From assembly GCA_965222225.1 (NCBI GenBank), contig CBDCTK010000002.1, positions 1,856,001-1,920,000 on the forward strand: DNA of 64,000 bases, written 5' to 3'. The position numbers and the translations under genes are program-made. Source of the DNA: Candidatus Poribacteria bacterium (GTDB lineage Bacteria > Poribacteria > WGA-4E > JAJDTR01). Below are positions 29,911-39,464 of this stretch, in pieces; within the stretch, counting starts at the first letter, position 1, and every line of letters starts with the position of its first letter. The notes below the pieces were generated by a model. That model ran no database searches. It saw nothing but the letters and a program-made list of their open reading frames with translations, and was not told the DNA's origin.

Positions 29911-30645
29911 TCAGGGAATGCCGATCGTCTCAGTATGGGCGCGCAGCGCCAGGGTCTCGGTGTCACTGACCCAGCGCTCCATGCCATCGGGTTCTATCGT
30001 CTCGCGGTAGCGCTGCCAGCCTGACGCATCAGGAAAATATAATTCCGCCATGCCCGCGTAGGGCTCCTGTTCCGGGTTCAGGCTGTGGCTGACGACGTAG
30101 CGAAAACCGCCGACTTGGTGCATGACTGAGGTAACGTTCGGAACGTGGACATCGAGCCAGTGCGCAAACAGCGCATCGAAGTCGGTATTCGTCTTCGCTG
30201 CCACGAGAAACGCGATCTTGAAAAACCCTGTACGCGTTGTGGGAAAGGGCTCGTTTAATGTCAAAGCCACGACAGGTAGACGCTCGGATCCGTCCATAAC
30301 GACGTACTCCGTGGTAGCCCAGGGAATATAGGGCTCCGCCTTTTCTTGAAACGTATCCGTCGGCTCGGTGCCGTGGGACGTGGCCGGAACGGGTAAGGGC
30401 TTCTCCCACCAAAGCTGCGCAACGCCATCCCAAGGGTGCTCGCCGGCCTTGTCCGGGTCGAACAATGTCGCAATGTAGCGCGTGGCGTGCAATTTTCCGC
30501 GTGCGGCCTGCTCAGCCTGGCCGGCAATAACGATGGGCATGTGATTGGCAAACCAGTGAGCAACGAGTTCTTCTCGCGATGTCTCCGGGCGCCGTTTGAT
30601 CAAATACATCATTTTCGCACCGGGGCTCTTGAGCGGCTGCGTCAT
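29911..30645 (-). CDS. Tandem EthD-domain protein
   Basis: Two copies of the 'K..YL/FL..R/K.....E/D...HW...H' ... 'DG/AG-v/mA-Q/E-LW/Y' dimeric alpha-beta barrel pattern; GGAGG RBS. Confidence 0.75.
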   Translation of the reverse strand: MTQPLKSPGAKMMYLIKRRPETSREELVAHWFANHMPIVIAGQAEQAARGKLHATRYIATLFDPDKAGEHPWDGVAQLWWEKPLPVPATSHGTEPTDTFQEKAEPYIPWATTEYVVMDGSERLPVVALTLNEPFPTTRTGFFKIAFLVAAKTNTDFDALFAHWLDVHVPNVTSVMHQVGGFRYVVSHSLNPEQEPYAGMAELYFPDASGWQRYRETIEPDGMERWVSDTETLALRAHTETIGIP

Positions 30646-30666
30646 CTCTCCCTCCGTTGACTAAAG

Positions 30667-30900
30667 TCAGGCATCACGATCAAAACTCACGGACTTCACC
30701 AATGCATAAATATCACTATCCGTAGTCAAACCCAAGTCTGCGACAGCGGCTCGGGTCACGCGTGCATGCAGCACCTGTTCGCCGACCCGAATGGTCAATT
30801 CGGCGAATGGCGTGCCGGCATTGGCCTGCACGCTCGCCAGTGTTCCGGTCAGAACATTGCGGATACTCATTCTGGCCGGTCTTGCAGTCGCCACGCTGAC
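30667..30900 (-). pseudogene. modC: 3' fragment of molybdate ABC ATPase (TOBE domain)
   Basis: RP..MSIRNVL.G, LHARVTRAAV.DLGL, IYALVKSVSFD; ATPase domain missing. Confidence 0.7.
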
Positions 30901-30904
30901 ATCC

Positions 30905-31144
30905 CTGGCGTGAGCAGTCCGTCTGAAAGTCCTTTCGGCTGCGGGGCAGTGGGCTCAGAGCCAGGTCGGAGAAAGCGTCTTCGAAATTGTCGGGCATTTC
31001 GTTCATCAGGAGTTTGGAGACGTAGGCGGCTTTCGATGAAATGGCGGTTATCACTTTGGACCAATCGGTTTTGGGAATGGGTGTAATGCCAACCGTAGTT
31101 TGATAGAGGGGTTCTTCATACACCTCAAAGTATGGATTGAACAT
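30905..31144 (-). pseudogene. Fragment of a SWIM-zinc-finger-associated protein
   Basis: AAYVSKLLMNEMPDNFEDAF....LSPLP.S.KDFQTDCS truncated at the first Cys of the SWIM motif. Confidence 0.5.
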
Positions 31145-31217
31145 TTGGTCGAGTGTTTGCAGCCATTGATTCGGCGCAATTCGAGGGTTGTTTCACTGTC
31201 CTCCCTCGGAGCCGTCC

Positions 31218-32360
31218 TCAAAGAGATAGGTCCCGCAAGGCGTAGTTTGCTAGGATGCTTTCCCTCATCTCCTCGCTCCACCGATTGGCATTCTCTTGTC
31301 CAACCAAGGGCTGGTATGCGTAGCGTGGCTCATTGAGGAAGCGTTGTTGCCGAGCATCGATGGCCAAGGCGATCAAACGGGACCTTTCAAAGATGCGCTC
31401 CTCGTCGTAGACGACCTCTTGGTTATCGTACTGCTTTCGGCGAACACCCAGTACGGAAGAGCGGCGGTGGAATCCAAAGTTGAAACTCACCCGCTTGTAC
31501 GGAGAGGAGTTTGGAAAAGAGGCGTGCAAGACTTGGCGATTGGTCATGACCACATCGCCAGGCTTGCACACCATCGGTACTGCCTCGGGCAAACGATCGG
31601 AGCCGCCGTTGGCTGCGATCATCCCCTTGATGTCCAGTTTGCCCTGTTTGTGAGATCCGGGAATCACCCAAACCCCGTTGGTCGCAGTGCTACCGTAATA
31701 CTGGAACATAAAATTAAACCCGTGTGTGTCCTCGTCCCAGTCAGGCTTGTCCCAGTGTGTGGTCCCATCCTGGTGCCAGGCGACAGATGGCCCCAACGCC
31801 TGTGGCTTGACAACTATGAACTCTTGGAACGGGGTGAAATCGGGTCCGTTGATCTGTTCTGCGATGGACAACAACTGCGGATGACCGTAGAGCCTTAAGC
31901 AGGAATCCATGATCTCTAGCGGGCGAGCGATCCCGCTAATCACAAATTCCGGGGCGTCGGTGGGAGGCTCTAGTTCAGTCATCTTGGCCGGGTGGCGACC
32001 ATTGTTTGCCGACGTGCCACCGATAGGGTCGCTCAACGGCTTAGCAAAACGGAAAGTCGGCCGCGCAAACTCGGTCCCCAGTGCAGGCCGTCCTTTTGAG
32101 TCAACCAGTGCGTCCTTGGTGTGCGGTGCTCGCTCAAACACGTACTCTAAATCCGCCTGCAGGTCTTCGAGTTCTTCACTTTTTACAACCCCTTCGAATA
32201 CATAGAAGCCACAACTGAAGTAGGCATCCAGGATGTCCTTGTCTAGCGTGCCGTCGGAGTTGAATTTAATCGGCCCGCGATTGCCAAGTGCATAGGCCAT
32301 CCGCTCGCCCTCGCGGACGTAAGCGGCTATTACATCCTCTCCTTTGTTTGTGGTACTCAT
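31218..32360 (-). CDS. Phytanoyl-CoA dioxygenase (PhyH) family Fe(II)/2OG enzyme
   Basis: WHQDG, GVWVIPGSH, LHASFPN, RVSFNFGF. Confidence 0.88.
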   Translation of the reverse strand: MSTTNKGEDVIAAYVREGERMAYALGNRGPIKFNSDGTLDKDILDAYFSCGFYVFEGVVKSEELEDLQADLEYVFERAPHTKDALVDSKGRPALGTEFARPTFRFAKPLSDPIGGTSANNGRHPAKMTELEPPTDAPEFVISGIARPLEIMDSCLRLYGHPQLLSIAEQINGPDFTPFQEFIVVKPQALGPSVAWHQDGTTHWDKPDWDEDTHGFNFMFQYYGSTATNGVWVIPGSHKQGKLDIKGMIAANGGSDRLPEAVPMVCKPGDVVMTNRQVLHASFPNSSPYKRVSFNFGFHRRSSVLGVRRKQYDNQEVVYDEERIFERSRLIALAIDARQQRFLNEPRYAYQPLVGQENANRWSEEMRESILANYALRDLSL

Positions 32361-32678
32361 TTGGTTATCTCCTTGGATTAACGAATCAACCGAAACCTAG
32401 GGCGACCAACGCTTCCCAGTATGCAATCAAAATGAAAATCCATCAAGTGGAATTACGGTTCGTTCTTCGTCAGAATCGGGTTGACACTTTTTAAAACTCA
32501 AAAAGATTCACAGCCGCGTTTGCGCTGGGGATAGCTCGCTGACGGGAAGGAATCGCGGCCACTATCGCTTTGTAACCTCCAATTAGCTTGGTCTCATCAA
32601 TCAGTATCAACGCTTTACCATGACACTTTAGATACACCTTTTTTATACCAATTCTATCTTTCGGTGATGCATTAGCCT

Positions 32679-32726
32679 GTAGTAGCGATTTTAACCGCTC
32701 TTTTAAGCGACTGAAGTCGCCACTAC
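32679..32726. repeat. Inverted REP doublet
   Basis: gtagtagcgattttaaccgct plus reverse-complement gtagtggcgacttcagtcgct. Confidence 0.6.
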
Positions 32727-32762
32727 GCAGAATGCACCATTAGGTATTAGTACAAAGGTGAG

Positions 32763-33026
32763 TCATTTTTCTTGCATTGCTGCTATCGGCAGTTTGGATT
32801 TAACGAATCGGGAAAGCCGCTTCTGTTTCGTCTTTTCCCTTTGACCACTTATCGGCAGATGCCGCGCTAGCTCGTTGAAACGGAACGCATGCTCATCGCT
32901 ATGGCGATGAGCAGCACTGTATTCTTCAGTTGCGGTTGACTCAAGGTCCCCTTGAAAATCGGCGACACAGTGGTCATCATTTCTTCTGGCGATATTCGCT
33001 TTTTCACAGCGTGTTTCACTTTCATA
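32763..33026 (-). pseudogene. Degenerate transposase N-terminal remnant (IS4-like)
   Basis: Frameshifted MKVKHAVKKRISPEEM.. / LSQPQLKNTVLL / FNELARHLP..EKTKQKRLSRF HTH-like segment; no catalytic domain. Confidence 0.4.
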
Positions 33027-33171
33027 AATCCTTACTCTGTTAAACTTAATGCGTTTCACAAAGGAGGGGAATTTACCATATCTCAACAGACTTTCTCACA
33101 CCTTAGGCCTTTCAAACTGCTCTCGGTGTACCCTCCCCAAAAACTGGGGGTAAGTCCAAAAAATGCAAATA

Positions 33172-34086
33172 TTATCTTCCGTTTTTCAACTCGCCCCATG
33201 TCACAGAAAGTTTCCCAGCCGGTTCAACGGCCTGACCCTGGAGGCCAATTGATTCCAATCCTTCCGCCATGAGGGTTTTAATATCATCCAGGCTCAGCGC
33301 TACATTGAAAATAGCCAGTTCGTCAATGGAGCCACTAAAAAAATCTGGGACTCCCTCCCTAGGGCCAAAAATCCCGCCGCCTCCAATTTTCGTAGAGTGT
33401 GCCGAAGCTCCATAGGAGGTTACTGGACCAATGTTCAACTTGTTAACACGTTTCTGTACCCCTCTTGCCGCGTTACGCGTGTTCCTCATAATTGCTGCGT
33501 CCCCAATAGCCGCCAAATGAACCCAGCTCTCTTCATCTTCCCATTTAAAGTCAGGACCTGGCAATTTGAGGAGTGCGCTGATACAGATTTTGACATTTAA
33601 ACATCCTGCCGCGTCATGAGGATGAACGTGAACGTCTTTCTTCTTATGTGTCTCTGTTGTCGGGTACGCCATCAGCATAAGGGTGCTTCTCCTACTCAGA
33701 TACCATTCAATAGCATCATGTTGCCCCACGATGCTTTCATATCCAGCCCAATCCTCGGCGTCTTTATTGACCCAGGCAACAATTGTAAACTCTTCAAGAT
33801 CATTCAACAAGGGTTTTCCGAGGTCAATGAAATTTTTTCTGCTCGGATTAAAGTGTATTGCCTTGCCGAACTTCCCCTCTACATAGTCGACTTTACGGTT
33901 AATTTCACCATGGTTGCGATTTCCAGACCAATCTATTAGAACAGCGTCAGCCTTCTCGTTATCAAAAAGGTACGCCGCGACAACACTGGTCGGATCGATT
34001 TCGGCAGAACCTATGTTTGTGAACACCAGGCTGACGCCGATTAAACCGATGCATGTTAAGGTGAACCATGTTGCTGAGGTTTTCAT
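33172..34086 (-). CDS. Secreted LamG-like jellyroll protein with C-terminal WG motif
   Basis: Signal peptide; AAYLFD, DWSGNRNHG, GKFGKA, FTIVAWV, WVHLA, FSGSIDELAIFNVALS; ends AVEPAGKLSVTWGELKNGR. Confidence 0.85.
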   Translation of the reverse strand: MKTSATWFTLTCIGLIGVSLVFTNIGSAEIDPTSVVAAYLFDNEKADAVLIDWSGNRNHGEINRKVDYVEGKFGKAIHFNPSRKNFIDLGKPLLNDLEEFTIVAWVNKDAEDWAGYESIVGQHDAIEWYLSRRSTLMLMAYPTTETHKKKDVHVHPHDAAGCLNVKICISALLKLPGPDFKWEDEESWVHLAAIGDAAIMRNTRNAARGVQKRVNKLNIGPVTSYGASAHSTKIGGGGIFGPREGVPDFFSGSIDELAIFNVALSLDDIKTLMAEGLESIGLQGQAVEPAGKLSVTWGELKNGR

Positions 34087-34159
34087 TGTAATTTCTCCCT
34101 CGCGCTTTCTGAATTTGGGTGAAAATTGAATTACACTCATTTCTATTGTAATGCTAGTA

Positions 34160-34282
34160 TGGCGTTATGCTAATTCGTGCAAACCCAACGCCCACAAGGG
34201 GCTAGACTACGATGACGCCTCCGTAGCCTAGGGCTTTATGCCCGTTATGATTGAATCGGCGAAAACACCTAGCGTAACGCCA
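34160..34282. mobile_element. MITE-like element with TGGCGTTACGCTA TIRs and a REP pair inside
   Basis: tggcgttatgcta ... tagcgtaacgcca, flanked by TAGTA direct repeats; internal ..ctagactac / gtagcctagggc REPs. Confidence 0.65.
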
Positions 34283-34366
34283 TAGTATATCTAAAATGAC
34301 CCCACTGTCAAGATTATAGTAAAGTGTGAAAAACAGGCGGTGGCACAATTTACACATTGCAGTTGA

Positions 34367-35272
34367 TTACTTGGAAGCCTTGATAGCACCCCACTCAGTA
34401 GCTAATTTGCCCTGGCTATCAACGGCAAAGCCCTTCGCGTCTGTGATAGTTAGGTTGTCAATAACACCGTTCGACCAACTCTCATGCCAGATGCCAACCT
34501 GCCCCGACAGATACTTGCTATCTCTGACGCTAATCATTGGTTCCCCCAGCTTGCCTCTGTCAAACTTTTTATCCATCGGCATATACCAGATATCAATCTG
34601 CCTCCCGATGGCTTGGATGCGTCCATAAAGCGGGTGTTTGTGATCTTGCGGGAGTATGCCACGGTTGTCAACACCTCCACGGTGGCCAGCCTTCTTCCCA
34701 TCAACCTCGAAGCCGACGTCTGCGAGTAATACCATTTCAATCCATTCGCCACCTGGCCATGCTGGTTCGTCACAGTGCTTCCCGTCTGCCCGAGGCGCGC
34801 TTAGACACAGCCCGGGTTCTGCGCAACCACGTCTCAGGTCATGCAACATTAGCGCAATTGTTTCATTGTATCCGAATACAACTAAATAGCCTCTGTCACC
34901 ACTCGTTCGAAAAGTGACCCCCACGCTGTCATCATCGTTCCACGACATCTCCAACTCGATGGTGCCATCTCTGAATCTTGGCGACTCCGGTATTGGCGTG
35001 TTGCCCGAAGTAGTACAGCCTTCGGCAAGCTGTATAAGTCCATTCCCCTTTCTTCTAGTCGCTGGCCAGTCTTGTCGATAACTGGTTATATCCCAGATTG
35101 TATCCGGGTTCTCGACATTGCGGTTCCAATGGGCCGGATCGTTTACCCGTCCGTTAGGAATTGCGTCGCGAAATTCACGTCCTTCAAAATCTGCCCGCCA
35201 AACGACCTTCGCGCTTGATTGAACGATGACCGTAAAGCATAGCATTATGACAATGAATAATTTCAGCCCTTT
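34367..35272 (-). CDS. Secreted ConA-like/DUF1080-like protein, paralog of 27003-28136
   Basis: Signal peptide; shared blocks W.ADFE, LIQL.EGC..SG, DG.I.LE.SW.DDD..GVTFR, KY.SG.VGI..ES; ends AVDSQGKLATEWGAIKASK. Confidence 0.75.
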   Translation of the reverse strand, partial: KGLKLFIVIMLCFTVIVQSSAKVVWRADFEGREFRDAIPNGRVNDPAHWNRNVENPDTIWDITSYRQDWPATRRKGNGLIQLAEGCTTSGNTPIPESPRFRDGTIELEMSWNDDDSVGVTFRTSGDRGYLVVFGYNETIALMLHDLRRGCAEPGLCLSAPRADGKHCDEPAWPGGEWIEMVLLADVGFEVDGKKAGHRGGVDNRGILPQDHKHPLYGRIQAIGRQIDIWYMPMDKKFDRGKLGEPMISVRDSKYLSGQVGIWHESWSNGVIDNLTITDAKGFAVDSQGKLATEWGAIKASK

Positions 35273-35590
35273 CATGTCCAGCATTCTGCTTACCAAGTGG
35301 AAGTTGTGCCAGAGAGCAAGTTCAAGGAAGCAACTTCAAGACATAGCGACTCTCGTTACCATCTCAAAGAGGCCTCTTCGTTTGAATCAAAAAAAACAGG
35401 AAACGAATCGCTTGATAGCGGCGGTGTTGTTCATGTCTCGCGGGATGCTCCCATACCATATTTAGTCATTTTCATTCTGATGTAGTAACTGTTTAGTTCC
35501 CTGATTTCTGGGGTCGAGTGCTATGAACCTAGGCGGTCTTTTTTGCCAATTTCTAGGCGCACATCGTGCGGATGCCCATTTTTCCGGTTT

Positions 35591-35667
35591 GTAGTAGGGC
35601 AATTCATTGCCCGTCCTATGGCTCCAGGGGTTTTACCGACCACTAATCACTAGCCACTAAACACTTA
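35591..35667. repeat. REP followed by CCACTAA heptamer tandem
   Basis: gtagtagggcaattcattgcccgt; ccactaa-tcactag-ccactaa-acact. Confidence 0.5.
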
Positions 35668-35885
35668 CCTGATGTATAATGCACTACACTATGGAGAGGG
35701 TGTCAACAATCAACGTCATAAGCTCGTTGGGACACCGCCAGTATTCTATCGTTGTCACTTACCATTTAACTTTCATGGATCTCAAGGCATCTAGTCCATT
35801 ATTTCTGAATTGCGGACAGTGTAACACTTTCAGCTGAAATGTCAATCAGAAAGGGATTAGTCGCTTTATCTCCACGAGAAGAAGC

Positions 35886-36216
35886 GGTCGGAAGTTGCGA
35901 GCATGTGAGATACTGGCCATCTGGCAGCAACATCATGGCATCGAGCAGTTCTGGCGTGCTCTCAAGACCGTCTTGCAGATTCGTCAAATGAGATTGCGTG
36001 GCAGACAGGGCGTCTATGCCACTTTGGCAATCAAGGTCATCGCCTATCTGCTGATGCTGAGAATCGGGTACTACTCTCATTTTACACGCCAGCAAATCCA
36101 AATGGAAGTCAGTAAACAACTGGACATTCAACACTTCTTCAATGAGCATTTTCATCCCAACGATGCGGCTATACCAGCATGAACACTATAAGAAACAAGT
36201 CTCATGGAAACGTCAG
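35886..36216 (+). mobile_element. 3' 331 bp of the IS4/IS701-like element (second, truncated copy)
   Basis: Appears identical to 24615-24945, including the right TIR. Confidence 0.85.
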
Positions 36217-36324
36217 TCAATAAGAACCTCCAAGTTGCGCAGAAAGACCAATCCCGTGTTCTCCGTACACACCGTGGTTTAGTTGCGGAATTGTAACATA
36301 CGCCCCGGACGCGACCTACTCACC

Positions 36325-38268
36325 ATGATAAAGGATATCACAACCATTCACAACCCGAACGTAGGGGTTACATTTCGAGCCGTGATTTTGGGATTGCTAC
36401 TCATCCCGATAAACACGTATTTCATCATGGCTAATCACCTACTGTTTTGGAGTACCCTGCCCACCACGCTATCGCTAATCTACAATGTTATCATCACTTT
36501 AACGATACTAATTATAATCAATTTCCTGATTCAGCGTTTTTTTCCCAATTTCGCACTTAAGCAGGGCGAACTGCTAGTCGTTTACATTATCCTTTCGCTT
36601 TCATCGGCGATTTCCGGACATGACATGATGCAGACGCTCGTGCCAACTATACCTTACGGATTTCAGTACGCCACTCCCGAGAATGAATGGGAACAACTCT
36701 TCTGGAAATATCTTCCGCGTTGGTTAACCTTAGATAATCTCTCGCGTTTGGAGGATTTTTACCGGGGTGGAAATACCTTATACACCAAAGCGCACCTAGA
36801 ATACTGGTTACGCCCAATCTTTTGGTGGACGCTGTTCTTAACAGTGCTAATCTGGACGCTAATCTGCTTGGACATTCTGCTTAGAAAACAGTGGGTGGAA
36901 CGGGAACGCCTGTCTTACCCAATCCTCCAGTTGCCGCTCGAAATGACTCGCTCTAAAAGCAGGCTGTTCAAGTCGAATATGATGTGGCTCGGGTTCGCCA
37001 TCGCCGGTGGCATAAATCTGATAAACGGTATACACGCCTTCGTTCCGGCATTCGTAGAAATTCCTGTACGCAAAGCGGAGATTGGTCAATATTTCACCGA
37101 AAGCCCCTGGAACGTCGTCGGGTGGACACCTCTCTACGTACTCCCCTTTGCCGTGGGGCTGGGTTTTCTAATGCCGTCCGACATGTCTTTCTCTGTCTGG
37201 TTTTTTTATCTGTTCTGGAAGGTACAACGTGTGGTGGTAAAAGCGCTTGGGGTAAACACCGCAACCGGATTCATGGACTCTCACGGGAGCATCGCTTACG
37301 ATGGCCAACAGGCGTTCGGTGCATTTTTGGCACTCACCGTCTTTGCAATTATCGGAGCCCGTCGTCACATCGTTGCTATTGTCAAGAGTCTTGGCAAACC
37401 ACAGCCGTATGAACGGAAAGAACCGATGACATACCGATGGGCTGTAATCGGATTTGTCGTCGGCTTCGTTTTCCTCATGAGTTTTTCCTATACCGGAGGC
37501 ATGGCTGTTTGGACGATACTGGTATATTTCTTGATCTACTATCTCCTCGCGATCAGCGTGAGTCGCATTCGCGCCGAGGTTGGCGCCCCAACGCACGAAC
37601 TATTCTTGGCAAATCCGCGTCAATTCTTTACCTCCGTGTTTGGAAGTCGGGTATTATCGCCCGGGAGTTTAACGATGATGGCGCTATATATCACATTTAA
37701 CAGGGGTTACCGTGCCCACCCGATGCCGCACGCGCTGGAGGCGTTTAAGCTGAGCGGAGAATCGGGCATAAATTCACGTCGGCTTGTTCCCGTCATGGTG
37801 CTCGCGACTGTTGTTGGAATTCTCGCCGCATTCTGGGCATATCTAGCCGTATCCCACAGTGCCGTAGCTGTCGTCGGCGAAGGCGGTCTCGCTTTCCGCG
37901 CATACTCGTCGCTGCAGCGGTGGCTGTTTAAACCTTCGGAAACAAACGTTGGAGGAATCATCGCGATGTGCAGCGGTTTTGTCTTCACGGGTCTGCTGTG
38001 GTGGTTGCGAAGGCTTTTTCCTCTCTGGCCGTTTCATCCCGCAGGTTACGCGGTCGCGAGCGGCTCACTAACCTTCAGTTGGCTCTGGTTCTCAATACTG
38101 GTGAGTTGGGCGGCAAAGGTGATTATTTTGAAGGTTGGCGGGATTGGGCTATATCGCAAAGCACTTCCACTCTTTCTAGGTCTAATTTTGGGTGAATACG
38201 TCGTCGGCGGCGCTTGGGTGATTATTCGTCTGGTATCGGGCTTTCCCGCATATTCGTTTTACCGCTAG
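36325..38268 (+). CDS. DUF6785/DUF6784-type polytopic membrane protein (putative transporter)
   Basis: TFRAVILG, ELLVVY, ATPENEW, RKQWVERERLSYP, RIRAEVG, WPFHPAGY, FLGLILGE; many TM segments. Confidence 0.7.
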   Translation: MIKDITTIHNPNVGVTFRAVILGLLLIPINTYFIMANHLLFWSTLPTTLSLIYNVIITLTILIIINFLIQRFFPNFALKQGELLVVYIILSLSSAISGHDMMQTLVPTIPYGFQYATPENEWEQLFWKYLPRWLTLDNLSRLEDFYRGGNTLYTKAHLEYWLRPIFWWTLFLTVLIWTLICLDILLRKQWVERERLSYPILQLPLEMTRSKSRLFKSNMMWLGFAIAGGINLINGIHAFVPAFVEIPVRKAEIGQYFTESPWNVVGWTPLYVLPFAVGLGFLMPSDMSFSVWFFYLFWKVQRVVVKALGVNTATGFMDSHGSIAYDGQQAFGAFLALTVFAIIGARRHIVAIVKSLGKPQPYERKEPMTYRWAVIGFVVGFVFLMSFSYTGGMAVWTILVYFLIYYLLAISVSRIRAEVGAPTHELFLANPRQFFTSVFGSRVLSPGSLTMMALYITFNRGYRAHPMPHALEAFKLSGESGINSRRLVPVMVLATVVGILAAFWAYLAVSHSAVAVVGEGGLAFRAYSSLQRWLFKPSETNVGGIIAMCSGFVFTGLLWWLRRLFPLWPFHPAGYAVASGSLTFSWLWFSILVSWAAKVIILKVGGIGLYRKALPLFLGLILGEYVVGGAWVIIRLVSGFPAYSFYR

Positions 38269-38435
38269 AAACCACGCACGAACAGATGGAGGGCTATTTT
38301 GGCATCTGGTGTTTGGTTAATAATATACCGCAGACTGTGGCGAATTATGGTCATGATGTCACTCTCTTAACCGCGATTCGGGCACGAAACGCGCGAGGAT
38401 TTTGTTAAAGACCGCAATAACGGGAGGCAGTCAGA

Positions 38436-39287
38436 ATGAAACTCAAGAATAGGGTAGCCATCGTAACTGCAGCAGGACGAGGAATTGGCCGTTCAATCGC
38501 CGTGTGCCTTGCCGAAGAAGGCGCCGATGTAGTTGTCAACTCATACAGCGAAGACACAACAACTCGCACTGCTGGCGAGGTTCAAGCGTTAGGGTGTAAA
38601 GCGCTCGCAATGCCGTGCGATATCACAAAGCCGGACATGATTACGCAAGTGGTTCAGGAAGCCTTGAAGGCTTTTGGCAAAATCGATATCTTGGTAAACA
38701 ACGTTGGCTCTGGACCAAAGACATGGAAGACAACCGATGCCGGGCCCCTTGCGAAATCGATAGACCTGTGGGACAATATGTATGAGCAGAATCTAAAAGC
38801 GCCCGTGCTCATGTGTGAAGCTGTTGTACCACATCTCATGGAGCAGAAAAGCGGAAAGATTGTGAACATCTCATCAATTGCGGGGCGGGTTGCACTGCCT
38901 CAAAAGCTACAAGAGCGTATCGTACCTCAATCGTACAGCGCCATGAAGGCTGGGCTAATCAGCTACACGCAGTCGCTGGCGGAAAGGCTAGGTCCGCACA
39001 ACATCAACGTGAACTGTGTTTGTCCGGGTATCGTCTACACGGATGACTGGGAAAACAACTCGACGCGGATGGTAAATAACATACCGGAGTTTCAGGGTCA
39101 GGATGTGAGGGAGTGGTTCGCCGGCATAGCTCGCGGCGAATATCCGGATATGTTCTGTTCAACGCCGCTCAGGAGAGAACAGATGGTTGAAGATATCGGA
39201 CGGGCTGTCGTATATTTCGTGTCCGATGATGGAATGAACATCACCGGGCAGTCTCTGAATGTTGATGGTGGCATGTATAAGAACTGA
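38436..39287 (+). CDS. SDR family oxidoreductase
   Basis: TAAGRGIG, NNVG, YSAMK, VNCVCPG, ITGQSLNVDGG. Confidence 0.9.
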   Translation: MKLKNRVAIVTAAGRGIGRSIAVCLAEEGADVVVNSYSEDTTTRTAGEVQALGCKALAMPCDITKPDMITQVVQEALKAFGKIDILVNNVGSGPKTWKTTDAGPLAKSIDLWDNMYEQNLKAPVLMCEAVVPHLMEQKSGKIVNISSIAGRVALPQKLQERIVPQSYSAMKAGLISYTQSLAERLGPHNINVNCVCPGIVYTDDWENNSTRMVNNIPEFQGQDVREWFAGIARGEYPDMFCSTPLRREQMVEDIGRAVVYFVSDDGMNITGQSLNVDGGMYKN

Positions 39288-39370
39288 CAAGTAGCCTGTG
39301 CCGAGTTGGTATACAGAATGACTGTCTCTCAGCGCTCTGTATCGCGCATCATATTTAGAACGCAGAACCC

Positions 39371-39399
39371 GTAAGGAACGCAGATTTGCGTTTTCTACA
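39371..39399 (-). repeat. GTAG-type REP (same family as 1885-1914)
   Basis: gtaaggaacgcagatttgcgttttctaca. Confidence 0.6.
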
Positions 39400-39464
39400 A
39401 CTCCGAACTCAATGAAATGAGACTCATCTGAAGTACGGAGTTTACCTCGGAACAATTACCCCTC

